DNA from: Narcine bancroftii
Taxonomy: Eukaryota
DNA length: 64,000 nt
Assembly (NCBI RefSeq): GCF_036971445.1
Contig: NC_091471.1
Span: forward strand, 235,476,001-235,540,000
Reading direction: 5' to 3'
Below the pieces are notes generated by a model. It saw nothing but the letters and a program-made list of their open reading frames with translations. It was not told the DNA's origin and searched no databases. The translations under genes and the position numbers were made by a program. This document shows positions 51,985 through 64,000 of the stretch, piece after piece (positions within the stretch are counted from its first letter, which is position 1; each line of letters opens with the position of its first letter).

Positions 51985-52860
51985 TCCCAATTTGTCCTTC
52001 AAGTAGGATTTCAGTTGGTAGTATGCCAACACTGTATTGTCAGTTATATTATATTTATCCTTCAATTGTTCAAAGGATAATAGTTTATTTCCCGAAAATC
52101 AATTCTCTATTCTTTTGATCCCTTTTTTCTCCCATTCTCTAAAGGAAAGGTTATCTATTGTAAAAGGGATAAGCTGATTTTGCGTCAGTATTAGTTTTGG
52201 TAGTTGGTAATTTGTTTTATTCCTTTCTACATGAATCTTCTTCCAAATGTTGAGCAGATGATGCAATACCGGAGAATTTCTACGTAGTACCAATTTTTCA
52301 TCCCATTTATATAATATATGTTCGGGTATCTTCTCCCCTATTTTATCTAGTTCTAATCTAGTCCAATCTGGCTTTTCCCTTGTTTGATAAAAATCTGATA
52401 GGTATCTTAATTGTGTGGCTCTATAATAATTTTTAAAGTTTGGTAGTTGTAAGCCTCCTTGTTTATACCATTCTGTTAATTTATCTAGTGCTATCCTCGG
52501 TTTCCCCCCTTTCCATAAAAATTTCCTGATTATTTTCTTTAAATCCTTGAAAAATTTCTCTGTTAATCGTATTGGTAATGTCTGAAATAAATATTGTATC
52601 CTTGGGAAAATGTTCATTTTAATACAGTTTATCCTTCCTATCAGTGTTAGTGGTAAATCTTTCCAATGCTCTAAGTCGTCTTGTATTTTTTTATTAGTGG
52701 ATAATAATTGAGATGGCTGAGGTTTTCATTTATTTGTATACCTAGATATCGCATTGCTTGCGTTTGCCATCTGAATGGTGATTCTTTCTCAAATTTTGAG
52801 AAATCTGCATTATTCATTGGTATTGCTTCGCTTTTATTTGCGTTAATCTTGTACCCCGAC

Positions 52861-55800
52861 CCAATAGAATTCTACAAAACATTTAAAGACTTATTAATAC
52901 CGCCCCTCCTGGATGTAATCAACCAGATTGATGAGACACAAAACTTACCAGATTCATGTAAAACAGCAATAATTACAGTAATACTAAAACAAGGGAAAGA
53001 TCCACTCTCACCAGCGTCATATAGACCAATATCTTTGCTAAACACAGATTATAAGATAATAGCTAAACTATTAGCAAACAGATTAGCAGAACAGGTACCG
53101 AAAATGGTAAATTTAGATCAAACTGGATTTATCAAAAAAAGACGCACAACAGACAATATTTGTAAATTTATTAACTTAATTCATGCAGTAGAAGGAAATA
53201 AAGCACCTACAGTAGCAGTTGCTTTAGACGCAGAGAAGGCCTTCGACAGAGTAGAATGGAATTATTTGTTCAAAGTATTGCAAAAATTCAGTTTACCGGA
53301 GAAGTATATTAATTGGATTAAAGCGTTATTTAAGGGACCGTTAGCGAAAGTGACAGTAAATGGACATATATCAAAGCAATTTAACTTAAGCAGGTCAACG
53401 CAGCAGGGATGCCCACTATCACCTTTATTGTTTGCGCTAGCTATAGAACCACTAGCAGAATTGATAAGAATAGATAATAATATAAAAGGAATAAAAATAA
53501 AAGACAGGGAATATAAAATCAGTCTATTTGCGGATGATGTTATAGTGTACTTAACAGAACCAGAACTATCAATAAAAGAATTATATAAGAAATTGAAGGA
53601 ATATGGAGAAGTGTCGGGTTACAAGATAAACGTAAATAAAAGTGAAGCAATGCCTATGAATAATGCGGATTTCTCAACATTTAAGAAGGAATCTCCATTC
53701 AGATGGCAAATGCAGGCAATAAGATACCTAGGTATACAAATAAACAAAAATCTCGACCAACTATATAAACTCAATTATTATCCACTAATGAAAAAATTAC
53801 AGGACGATTTAGAGCATTGGAAAGATCTACCACTAACACTGATAGGAAGGATAAACTATTAAAATGAACATTTTTCCAAGGATACTATACTTATTTCCGG
53901 CATTGCCAATACAACTGACAGAAAAATTCTTCAAAGAGTTAAAGAAAATAATAAGGAAATTTTTATGGAGAGGGGGGAAACCGAGGATAGCACTAGATAA
54001 ATTAACAGAATGGCCTTTGGAAGACTACACAAAAGAGTCTGGAAAAACAACCAACTGAAAAACCTCACAAAGATAAGCGTATACAGAGCCGTTGTCATAC
54101 CCACACTCCTGTTCGGCTCCGAATCATGGGTTCTCTACCGGCACCACCTACGGCTCCTAGAACGCTTCCACCAGCGTTGTCTCCACTCCATCCTCAACAT
54201 CCATTGGAGCGCTCACACCCCTAACGTCGAGGTACTCGAGATGGCAGAGGTCGACAGCATCGAGTCCACGCTGCTGAAGATCCAGCTGCGCTGGATGGGT
54301 CACGTCTCCAGAATGGAGGACCATCGCCTTCCCAAGATCGTATTATATGGCGAGCTCTCCACTGGCCACCGTGACAGAGGTGCACCAAAGAAAAGGTACA
54401 AGGACTGCCTAAAGAAATCTCTTGGTGCCTGCCACATTGACCACCGCCAGTGGGCTGATAACGCCTCAAACCGTGCATCTTGGCGCCTCACAGTTTGGCG
54501 GGCAGCAGCCTCCTTTGAAGAAGACCGCAGAGCCCACCTCACTGACAAAAGGCAAAGGAGGAAAAACCCAACACCCAACCCCAACCAACCAATTTTCCCT
54601 TGCAACCGCTGCAATCGTGTCTGCCTGTCCCGCATCGGACTGGTCAGCCACAAACGAGCCTGCAGCTGACGTGGACTTTTTACCCCCTCCATAAATCTTC
54701 GTCCGCGAAGCCAAGCCAAAGAAAGAAAGAAAAGAAGAATAAACAAGGAGGCTTACAATTGCCAAACTTCAAAAATTATTATAGAGCCGCACAATTAAGA
54801 TACCTATCAGATTTTTATCAAACAAGGGAAAAACCAGACTGGACGAGATTAGAATTAGATAAAATAGGGGAAAAGACACCTGAACACATATTATATAAAT
54901 GGGACGAAAAATTGGTACAACATAGAACTTCTCCAGTATTACATCATCTCCTCAATATTTGGAAGAAGATTCATGTAGAAAGAAATAAAACAAATTATCA
55001 ATTACCAAAACTAATATTGACGCAAAATAAGCTACTCCCTTTTACAATAGACAACCTTGCCTTTAGAAAATGGGAAAAAAAAGGGATTAAAAGAATAGAA
55101 AATTGTTTTTCAGGAAGTAGATTCTTATCCTTTGAACAAATGAGAGATAAGTACAATATAACTGGAGATACAGCGCTGGCATATTACCAACTGAGATCCT
55201 ACTTGAAAGATAAATTAGGAAGCAATTTGAGTTTACTAGAGGGAAGTAACCTTGAATATGTGATTACAGATACAATGTTAATCAAAAGATTTATAACAAA
55301 TATGTATATTAAACTGCAAGAAAAGGAGAATGAGGAAACAAATGGTAAAACTAAACAAAAATGGGAACAAGATTTAAATATAAAGATAAAAAAGGAAACA
55401 TGGGAAAAATTATGTTCTGGAACGATGAGAAATACAATAAATACGAGGCTACGTATGATACAATATAATTGGTTACACAGACTATACATTACACCTCAAA
55501 AGTTAAATAAATGGGACCCAACAGTATCTGATAGGTGTTTTCGATGTAAAAAAGAAATGGGAACAACAATTCATGCAATCTGGACATGTGAGAGAGTACA
55601 AAAATTTTGGGATGATCTCAATCAGATATTAAATAAAATAACAGAAAACAATATACCAAAGAATCCAGAGATCTTTCTCCTAAGCAACATAAAAAACAAA
55701 GAATTTGGAATTGATTTGGAGGATGCACAAAAAAGATTTGTTAAGATAGCCCTAGCCGTAGCAAAAAAATGTATTATGTCAACCTGGAAATTGGAAGATA

Positions 55801-56168
55801 ATTTGAAAATACAACAATGGTATATAGAAATGAATAAATGTATTCCATTAGAAAAAATAACATATAGTTTAAGAAATAATATTGAAATATTCGAACAAGT
55901 ATGGGAGCCTTACATTAAATACAATAGCGAAAACCTACCGGGGACAAACATTACCTAAGTTGATGGAAGGAGAAGGAAAGAAAAGAATGGACTCAGTAGA
56001 ATTTCTGGTGTATTTTTGTTGAATGACAACATTGTCTGACTGGCTTAATGCAACCTAGATTGTATACCTAAAATGGATGAGAGGGGGGGGGGGGGGGAGA
56101 AAAAGTCACTGTATATGTGTGAAAAAGAAAAAGTGTATATCATGGCTAATGTGATTTATGGTGTGAAA
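52861..56168 (+). mobile_element. L1-C: 5'-truncated L1 ORF2 inserted antisense in L1-A
   Basis: RT (YRPISLLN, LDAEKAFD, LFADD) through the C-terminus; 16-bp TSD aatcttgtaccccgac at 52845-52860 and 56169-56184; tt/aa nick site. Confidence 0.93.
54013..54737 (+). mobile_element. RTE-clade LINE 3' fragment inside L1-C
   Basis: AFGRL...TKISVYRAVV.PTLL.GSESW, LRW.GHV.RM, terminal C..C...H...C finger; (gaaa)n tail. Confidence 0.9.
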
Positions 56169-59019
56169 AATCTTGTACCCCGACACTTCTCCATATTCCT
56201 TCAATTCCCTATGTAATTCTTTTGTTGATATTTCTGGTTCTACTAAGTATATTATAACGTCATCTGCAAATAGACTGATTTTATATTCCTTGTCTTTTAT
56301 TTTTATCCCTTTTATTTTATTTTCTGTTCTTATCAGTTCTGCCAGTGGTTCTATGGCTAATGCGAACAATAAAGGAGATAGTGGGCATCCCTGCCTTATT
56401 GATCTGCTTAAGTTAAATTGTTTTGATATATATCCGTTTACTGTCACTTTCGCCAATGGCCCCTTATATAATGCTTTAATCCAATTAATATATTTCTCTG
56501 GTAAGCTGAATTTTTGTAGTACTTTGAATAAATAATTCCATTCTACTCTGTCAAAGGCCTTCTCTGCGTCTAAAGCAACCGCAACTGTTGGAGTTTTATT
56601 TCCTTCTACTGCATGAATTAAGTTAATAAATTTACAGATATTGTCTGTTGTTCGTCTTTTTTTAATAAATCCAGTTTGGTCTAGATTTACTATTTTTGGT
56701 ACATCGTCGGCTAATCTGTTTGCTAATAGTTTAGCTATTATCTTATAATCTGTGTTAAGTAAAGATATTGGTCTATATGACGCTGGTAGAAGTGTATCTT
56801 TCCCTGTCTTTGGTATTACTGTAATTATTGCTGTTTTACATGACTCTGGTAAGCTTTGTGTTTTAACAATATTGTTGATTACTTCCAGAAGGGGAGGAAT
56901 TAATAAATCTTTAAATGTTTTATAGAATTCTATTGGGAATCCATCCTCTCCTAGTGTTTTATTGTTCGGTAGTTTTTTTATTATCTCCTGTATTTCTTCT
57001 ATTTCAAATAGTTTTGTTAATTTATTTTGTTCCTCTGTTTGTAATTTCGGTAGTTCAATTTTAGTTAAAAATTCATCTATTTTATCTTCTTTCCCTTCAT
57101 TTTCAGTTTGATATAGTTGTTCGTAGAATTCTCTAAAGTTTTCATTAATCTCCGTTGGATTATATGTGATTTGCTTGTCTTTTTTCCTTAATGCCAATAC
57201 CATTCTCTTAGTTTGTTCTGTCTTAAGCTGCCACGCTAGAATTTTGTGCGTTTTTTCTCCTAGTTCATAATATTTCTGTTTTGTCTTCATTATGTTCTTT
57301 TCCACCTTATATGTTTGTAGTGTTTCATATTTTATTTTTTTATCTGCCAATTCTCTTCTTTTAGTTGTGTCATCCTTCATTGCTAATTCTTTTTCTATAT
57401 TTGCTATTTCCCTTTCCAACTGTTCTGTTTCCTGGTTGTAATCCTTCTTCATCTCGGTTACATAACTTATTATTTGCCCTCTGATTAACGCTTTCATTGC
57501 GTCCCATAGTATAAACTTATCTTTCACTGATTCCGTATTTATTTCAAAGTACATTTTAATTTGTCCCGTTCAATGAATTCTCTAAAATCCTGCCTTTTAA
57601 GTAGCATGGAGTTTAATCTCCATCTATACATTCTTGGTGGGATGTCCTCTAACTCTATTATCAATAATAGGGGTGAGTGGTCTGATAATAGTCTAGCTTT
57701 ATATTGTGTTTTCTTAACTCTCTCTTGCATGTGAGCTGATAACAGGAATAGGTCTATTCTTGAGTATGTTTTATGTTTGCCCGAATAATATGAATATTCC
57801 TTTTCCTTTGGGTGTTGTTTCCTCCATATATCCAAAGTTGCATTTCTTGCATCGATTTAATTATAAATTTGGTTACTTTGTTCTTTCTATTAATTTTTTT
57901 TCCAGTTTTATCCATGTTTGAATCCAAATTAAGATTGAAATCCCCTCCTATTAGTATGTTCCCTTGCGTATCTGCTATCTTCAAAAAGATATCTTGCATA
58001 AATTTTTGATCTTCTTCATTAGGTGAATATACATTAAGTAAATTCCAAAACTCCGAATATTTACCCCAGGAATTTGACGTTTGTGACCCTCTCCATTACT
58101 GAGCCCTCACTGAGGACTGGGTCATGTTCCCCGACTCCCTCCTGACGTCCACCATCATTTCCTTGGTTTTGCTGATGTGTGGGAAGGTTGTTGTTGTGAT
58201 CCCATTCAACGAGCTGATCCACCTCCCTCCTGTACCCTTTCTCGTTGTCGTCTGTGATTCTGCCGACAACCATGGTGTCATCGGCAAACTTGTAGTGCAG
58301 TGGGTAAGCACAGAGCCTTGGTGGGGGGGGGGGGGGAGCGGAGCCTGTGTTGATCGTCAGTAAGGAGGAGACGTTGTTTCCAATTCATACTGACTGTGGT
58401 CTCCGATGAGGAAGTCAAGGATCCAGTTGCAGAGGTAGGTACAGAGGCCCAGGGTTTGGAGCTTGTTGACCAGCACTGAGGGAATAATGTTGAAGGCCGA
58501 GCTGTAGTTGATGAAGAGCAGCCGTGTGTATGAGTTGCTGTTTTTGAGGTGATCCAGAGCTGAGTGGAGAGCCAGCGATACTGCGTCTGCCGTGGAGTGA
58601 TTGTGTCGATAGGCGAATTGCAGCGGGTCCAGACCTTGGCTCAGGAATGTGTTCATTCTAGCCTCGACCAGCCTCTCGAAGTATTTAATCATGGTAGAAG
58701 TTAGTGTTGCTGGGTGGTCAATGTTGAGACAGCTCACGCTGCTCTTCTCAGGCACCGGGATGACTGATGCCCTTTTGAAGCAGGTGGGAACCTTTGACTG
58801 CAGCAGTGAGTGGTTGGGTATTTTTCTGATGAAAGTAAAACTGTTATGCAGCTGGCAAAAAAAATTGTGCAAAATGAATAGGTAAAAAATACAGGTTTAA
58901 AATTGCTGCACCTCACTGTTAGTTTGCCAATCACACCACACACAATCACCATCAATGAGAAAGTTCACATATCCGGCATCTACGAATCTGCAGAGATGCT
59001 GGATACTTGGGATTTTACT

Positions 59020-60135
59020 GTATTTATTGATTTTTAATTGTCTGATTTCTCATGATTGATTATAGGCCATTTTTTCTGTTTGCCAATTATGAGCAACTTA
59101 TTTGCTGATTACTGTTTTATTTATGATCACTAATTATTGATCATTCGGCATTTCTCTGATTTTTTTTGTCAATTATTGATAATTTCTGACTGTTAATCTC
59201 CAATTATTTCTTGGATTATTGATGATTTCTGAACGATAATCATCATTTATTGGGTATTTCCCATATTATTGATGATTTCTGACCATTAATCACCGATTGT
59301 TGGGTATTTCCCCGATTATTGATGATTTGTGACTGTTAATCACCAATTATTCCCAGACAAAAGGCAAAGGAGGAAAAACCCAACACCCAACCCCAACCAA
59401 CCAATTTTCCCCTGCAGCCGCCGCAACCGTGTCTGCCTGTCCCGCATCGGACTTGTCAGCCACAAATGAGCCTGCAGCTGACGTAGACTTTTACCCCCCC
59501 CCCATAAATCTTCGTCCGCGAAGCCAAGCCAAAGAAGATTGGGTATTTCCCAGATTATTGATGATTTCTGACCATTAATCTCCGATTATTGGGTATTTCC
59601 CGGATTATTGACGATCTCTGACCATTAATCATGATTATTGGATATTTCCTCAATTGTTGATGATTTCTAACTGTTAATCACCAATTATTTCCTGGATTAA
59701 AAATGATTTCTGAGTTAACCATCATTTATTGGGTATTTCCCAGATTATTGATGATTTGTGACTGATAATCACTGATTATTTCCCGGATTATAGATGATTT
59801 CTGACTGTTAATCACTGATTATTGGGTATATCCCAGATTATTGATGATTTCTGACCATTAATCATGATTATTGGGTATTTCCCAGATTATTGATGATTTC
59901 TGAGTTAACCATTTATTGGGTATTTCCAAGATTATTGATGATTTCTGACCATTAATCACCAATTATTGGGTATATCCCAGATTATTGATGATTTCTGACC
60001 ATTAATCACCAATTATTGGGAATATCCCAGGTAATTGATGATTTCTAACAGTTAATCACCAATTATTTCCCGATTGTAGATGATTTCTGAGTTAACCATC
60101 ATTTATTGGGTATTTCCCGGATTATTGATGATTTC
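59020..60135. repeat. AT-rich ~45-50-bp tandem repeat
   Basis: Unit gattattgggtatttcccagattattgatgatttctgaccattaatcacc, degenerate toward the left. Confidence 0.88.
59356..59537 (+). mobile_element. Short RTE 3' fragment
   Basis: Near-identical to 54544-54722. Confidence 0.85.
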
Positions 60136-60189
60136 TACCCTTTATCAACACTGCTCACTTTCCCAATTTAATCCAGCCAAAGCCCCTTA

Positions 60190-60492
60190 TGGCGATGAAA
60201 CCGGAAACTGAAGAGGTGGGCACAGGAGAAACTGACGTAACATCCGCCATTGAGTGAGTGCGGCCAGCCTGCCCCTGATAGGGACGTCATAGCTCCTATC
60301 CCCACACCTCCGTACGTCGTTCCCGCCGCCGGACTGCAGCCGGACGACGCGTTTCCGCCCCGTAGCCGGCCGCCTCATCGCGCAGCGAGCTGGAGGGCAC
60401 TTCCACACAGCCGTGCCCCGCTTCCGGCGGCCGGCTGCGGCGTCACGTCCGGGCGCCATTTTCGCTTCCTTCTGCAGGTCTTGGTCGACGGA
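60190..60492 (+). promoter_or_regulatory. CpG-island promoter and probable non-coding first exon of the SRSF2-like gene
   Basis: CpG-dense; ETS-like ccggaa/cttccgg, CRE half-sites tgacgt/cgtca, YY1 motif cgccatttt (~60455-60463); candidate donor gga|gtgagg at 60492/3. Confidence 0.65.
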
Positions 60493-61539
60493 GTGAGGGG
60501 AAGCGAGGGTGAGGATGAGGGAGGGAAGTAGGGGATGGAAGGTGGGGAGGGGAGGAGAAGATGGTGGGGAAGGGGGGATGGTGGGGCAGGGGGGAAGATG
60601 GTGGGGCAGGGGGGATGGTGGTCAGGGGGGAGATAGTGGGGGAAATAGGAGGGGTTGGTGTGGAGGGGAGATGTGGGCAGAGGAGGGGGTAGGGAGCATG
60701 GTTGGGAGGTGGTGCTGGAAGAGAGGATGGTTGGGGTGGGGAGGAGGCGGAGGAAGAGGGGATGAGACAGGAGGGGGATGGTGGGGAGGGGGTAGGGGGC
60801 ATGGTGGGGAGGGGGTAGGGGGGATGGTGGGGAGGGGGTAGGGGGCATGGTGGGGAGGGGGTAGGGGGGATGGTGGGGAGGGGATAGGGGGATGGTGGGG
60901 AGGGGGTAGGGGGATGGTGGGGAGCGGGTAGGGGGTGGTGGGGAGGGTAGGGGGATGGTGGGGAGGGGGTAGGGGGGATGGTGGGGAGGGGGTAGGGGGG
61001 ATGGTGGGGAGGGGGTAGGGGGGATGGTGGGGAGGGGTAGGGGGGTGGTGGGGAGGGGGTAGTGGGGTGGTGGTGGAGGAGGGTAATGCTGGAGGAGGGG
61101 TGATAGGAGGGGATGGTGGGTAGGAAGGGATGGTCGGTAGGAAGGGGTGGTGGAGGAGGTGGGGAGGGGGGGTGATGGGCAGGGTGAAGAGGTAGGGATG
61201 GTGGGCATTGTGGGGGAGAGGCAGGGTGGGGAGGGGGAAAGTGGACAGGGAAGGGATGGAGGGCAGGGAGGGGGGGAAGGAAGTAATGGTGGGCTGGGAG
61301 GGGTGTGGAAATTAGGGAGAGGGGATGAGAGGAGAGAAGAGGCAGAGTGTGGGTGAGGATGGAGGAAATGGAGATAGGTTGAGGGGGTAGGAAGAAATGG
61401 GTGGGGGAAGGGAGGGATGGGGATGAGGGGAGGAATGGGGATGAGGGAGAGGGGATATGAGGTAGGGAATGAGAAGGAAAGTAGAGAATGGAGGGAAGGG
61501 GTGATGGAGAGGTGACGGAGGGGTAAGAGAGGAAGAATT

Positions 61540-61999
61540 GGAGGCATGAGGGAAAGGTGGAGGCATGAGGGAAAGGTGGAGGCATGAGGGAAAGGTGGAG
61601 GCATGAGGGAAAGGTGGAGGCATGAGGGAAAGGTGGAGGCATGAGGGAAAGGTGGAGGCATGAGGGAAAGGTGGAGGCATGAGGGAAAGGTGGAGGCATG
61701 AGGGAAAGGTGGAGGCATGAGGGAAAGGTGGAGGCATGAGGGAAAGGTGGAGGCATGAGGGAAAGGTGGAGGCATGAGGGAAAGGTGGAGGCATGAGGGA
61801 AAGGTGGAGGCATGAGGGAAAGGTGGAGGCATGAGGGAAAGGTGGAGGCATGAGGGAAAGGTGGAGGCATGAGGGAAAGGTGGAGGCATGAGGGAAAGGT
61901 GGAGGCATGAGGGAAAGGTGGAGGCATGAGGGAAAGGTGGAGGCATGAGGGAAAGGTGGAGGCATGAGGGAAAGGTGGAGGCATGAGGGAAAGGTGGAG
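61540..61999. repeat. Perfect 19-bp tandem repeat (ggaggcatgagggaaaggt) x ~24
   Basis: Directly visible. Confidence 0.95.
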
Positions 62000-62240
62000 G
62001 AAGTGTTGGAGGGGACGAGTATGAGGGATTGGGCTGGAGGAAGTGTTGGAGGGGACGAGTATGAGGGATTGGGCTGGAGGATGAGGGGTAGGAGGTAAAG
62101 GGGAGGGGGAGGAAGTGAGGGGTGCCGGACGGAGGGGCGGCGGGAAGGATGAGGAGGTTGGGAGCCATGGCACAGCAAGAATTCGTGCACCCACTCTCAC
62201 CTTGCCCTATCCTCGGCAGGTTGGAGACTGGGACATCACC

Positions 62241-62360
62241 ATGAGTTACGACCGGAGTGGACCTCCTGATATCGAGGGCATGACCAGTCTGAAGGTGGAC
62301 AACCTCACTTACCGCACGTCTCCCGAGACACTCAAACGGGTGTTTGAGAAGTACGGGGAG
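62241..62360 (+). CDS. SRSF2: SRSF2-like (SC35) splicing factor, first coding exon
   Basis: Acceptor ggcag|g at 62219/20, Kozak cacc[43 protein letters not shown], donor gag|gtgagt; orthologue versus paralogue unresolved. Confidence 0.85.
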
Positions 62361-62584
62361 GTGAGTCCATTAACCAAGCCCGCAGGCACCTTCACCCCCT
62401 TCCCTACCTTCTCCCCAGGCATCACCTCCCCTCTGCCATGCAGGAGGGTGAGGGGTGATCTCACTGAGATTGATCTTGAGGGTGCAGAGAGTCTTTTGCT
62501 TAGAGTTGGGCAATTGGTAACCAGAGGAGGTCTGTTGTGGGAAGGACCTACATGTTGAATTTTTGATCTGTGAGGGAATATAGT

Positions 62585-64000
62585 GGGGCAGAGTGATCTG
62601 GGAGAGTGCAGTGGGGCAGAGGGACCTGGGGGAGTGCGGTGGGGCAGAGGGACCTGGGGGAGTGCGGTGGGGCGGAGGGACCTGGGGGAGTGCGGTGGGG
62701 CGGAGGGACCTGGGGGAGTGCGGTGGGGCGGAGGGACCTGGGGGAGTGCGGTGGGGCGGAGGGACCTGGGGGAGTGCGGTGGGGCGGAGGGACCTGGGGG
62801 AGTGCGGTGGGGCGGAGGGACCTGGGGGAGTGCGGTGGGGCGGAGGGACCTGGGGGAGTGCGGTGGGGCGGAGGGACCTGGGGGAGTGCGGTGGGGCGGA
62901 GGGACCTGGGGGAGTGCGGTGGGGCGGAGGGACCTGGGGGAGTGCGGTGGGGCGGAGGGACCTGGGGGAGTGAGGTGGGGCGGAGGGACCTGGGGGAGTG
63001 CGGTGGGGCGGAGGGACCTAGGGGAGTGCGGTGGGGCGGAGGGACCTGGGGGAGTGCGGTGGGGCGGAGGGACCTGGGGGAGTGTGGAGGGGCCTGGAGG
63101 AGTGCGGTGGGGCGGAGGGGCCTGGGGGAGTGCGGTGGGGCGGAGGGACCTAGGGGAGTGCGGTGGGGCAGAGGGACCTGGGGGAGTGCGGTGGGGCGGA
63201 GGGACCTGGGGGGAGTGCGGTGGGGCGGAGGGACCTGGGGGAGTGCGGTGGGGCGGATGGACCTGGGGGGGAGTGCGGTGGGGCGGAGGGACCTGGGGGA
63301 GTGTGGAGGGGCCTGGAGGAGTGCGGTGGGGCAGAGGGGCCTGGGGGAGTGCGGTGGGGCGGAGGGACCTGGGGGAGTGCGGTGGAGCGGAGGGACCTGG
63401 GGGGAGTGCGGTGGGGCGGAGGGACCTGGGGGAGTGCGGAGGGGCGGAGGGACCTTGGGGGAGTGCGGTGGGGCGGAGGGACCTGGGGGGGAGTGCGGTG
63501 GGGCGGAGGGACCTGGGGGAGTGCGGAGGGTGCTGGGGGAGTGCGGTGGGGCGGAGGGACCTGGGGGAGTGCGGTGGAGCAGAGGGACCTGGGGGAGTGT
63601 GGAGGGATCTGGGGGAGTGTGGAGGGATCTGGGGGAGTGTGGAGGGATCTGGGGGAGTGTGGAGGGATCTGGGGGAGTGTGGAGGGATCTGGGGGAGTGT
63701 GGTGGGGCAGAGGGGCCTGGGGGACTGCGGTGGAGCAGAGGGACCTGGGGGAGTGCGGTGGGGCAGAGGGACCTGGGGGAGTGCGGTGGGGCGGAGGGAC
63801 CTGGGGGAGTGCTGTGGGGCGGAGGGATCGGGGGAGTGCGGTGGGGCGGAGGGACCTGGGGGAGTGCGGTGGGGCGGAGGGACCTGGGGGAGTGCGGTGG
63901 GGCGGAGGGACCTGGGGGAGTGCGGTGGGGCGGAGGGTCCTGGGGGAGTGCGGTGGGGCGGAGGGACCTGGGGGAGTGCGGTGGGGCGGAGGGACCTGGG
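62585..64000. repeat. 28-bp G-rich minisatellite (gggggagtgcggtggggcggagggacct)
   Basis: About 50 copies running to the window end; each canonical unit carries a GC box. Confidence 0.95.

Larger units (their letters stand above)
40490..58056 (-). mobile_element. L1-A: 5'-truncated L1 fragmented into 40490-40888, 45022-45625, 51985-52860, 56169-58056
   Basis: Pieces are colinear ORF2 sequence once the inserts are removed; 19-bp TSD at 40471-40489 and 58057-58075. Confidence 0.88.
40150..58830 (-). mobile_element. Rex1-type LINE split into 40150-40489 and 58057-58830 by nested L1 insertion
   Basis: RT motifs VPTCFKRASVIPVP, LDPLQFAYR, YSSAFN, LCNWILDFL; the two halves join at the duplicated atatttaccccaggaattt and are colinear with the sister copy at 16420-17560. 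Confidence 0.85.

Noticed and set aside
52708-55958. Chimeric ORFs 52708-53862 and 54600-55958 as novel fusion proteins
   Set aside because: Their N-termini are chance read-through across insertion junctions.

Overview
Vertebrate genomic DNA, repeat-dense and locally GC-rich, with three N gaps (9339-9538, 11423-12408, 25073-25172). The CR1/Rex1/Penelope/L1 repertoire suggests a cartilaginous fish (inference). Four host genes can be rebuilt from splice sites: PRR14 (minus, five 3' coding exons, Tantalus domain), MMGT1/EMC5 (plus, exons 2-4, not captured by the ORF track), KDELR1 (plus, exons 2-5) and the start of an SRSF2-like gene with a CpG-island promoter and an atypical intron inside the RRM. 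The rest is minisatellites and retroelements. These include a decayed tRNA-Trp-primed Gypsy in KDELR1 intron 2 and a 17.6-kb nest resolved by target-site duplications (TSDs): a Rex1 contains an L1, which contains a young Gypsy, a full-length L1 with a 3' transduction, and a third L1 carrying an RTE. The most notable signals are (1) the young Gypsy has no tRNA primer-binding site (PBS) but a perfect 14-nt complement to its own LTR, suggesting self-priming, and (2) both full-5' L1 copies have an upstream ORF joined to ORF1 through an in-frame A_AAA_AAC slippery heptamer, a candidate programmed -1 frameshift.
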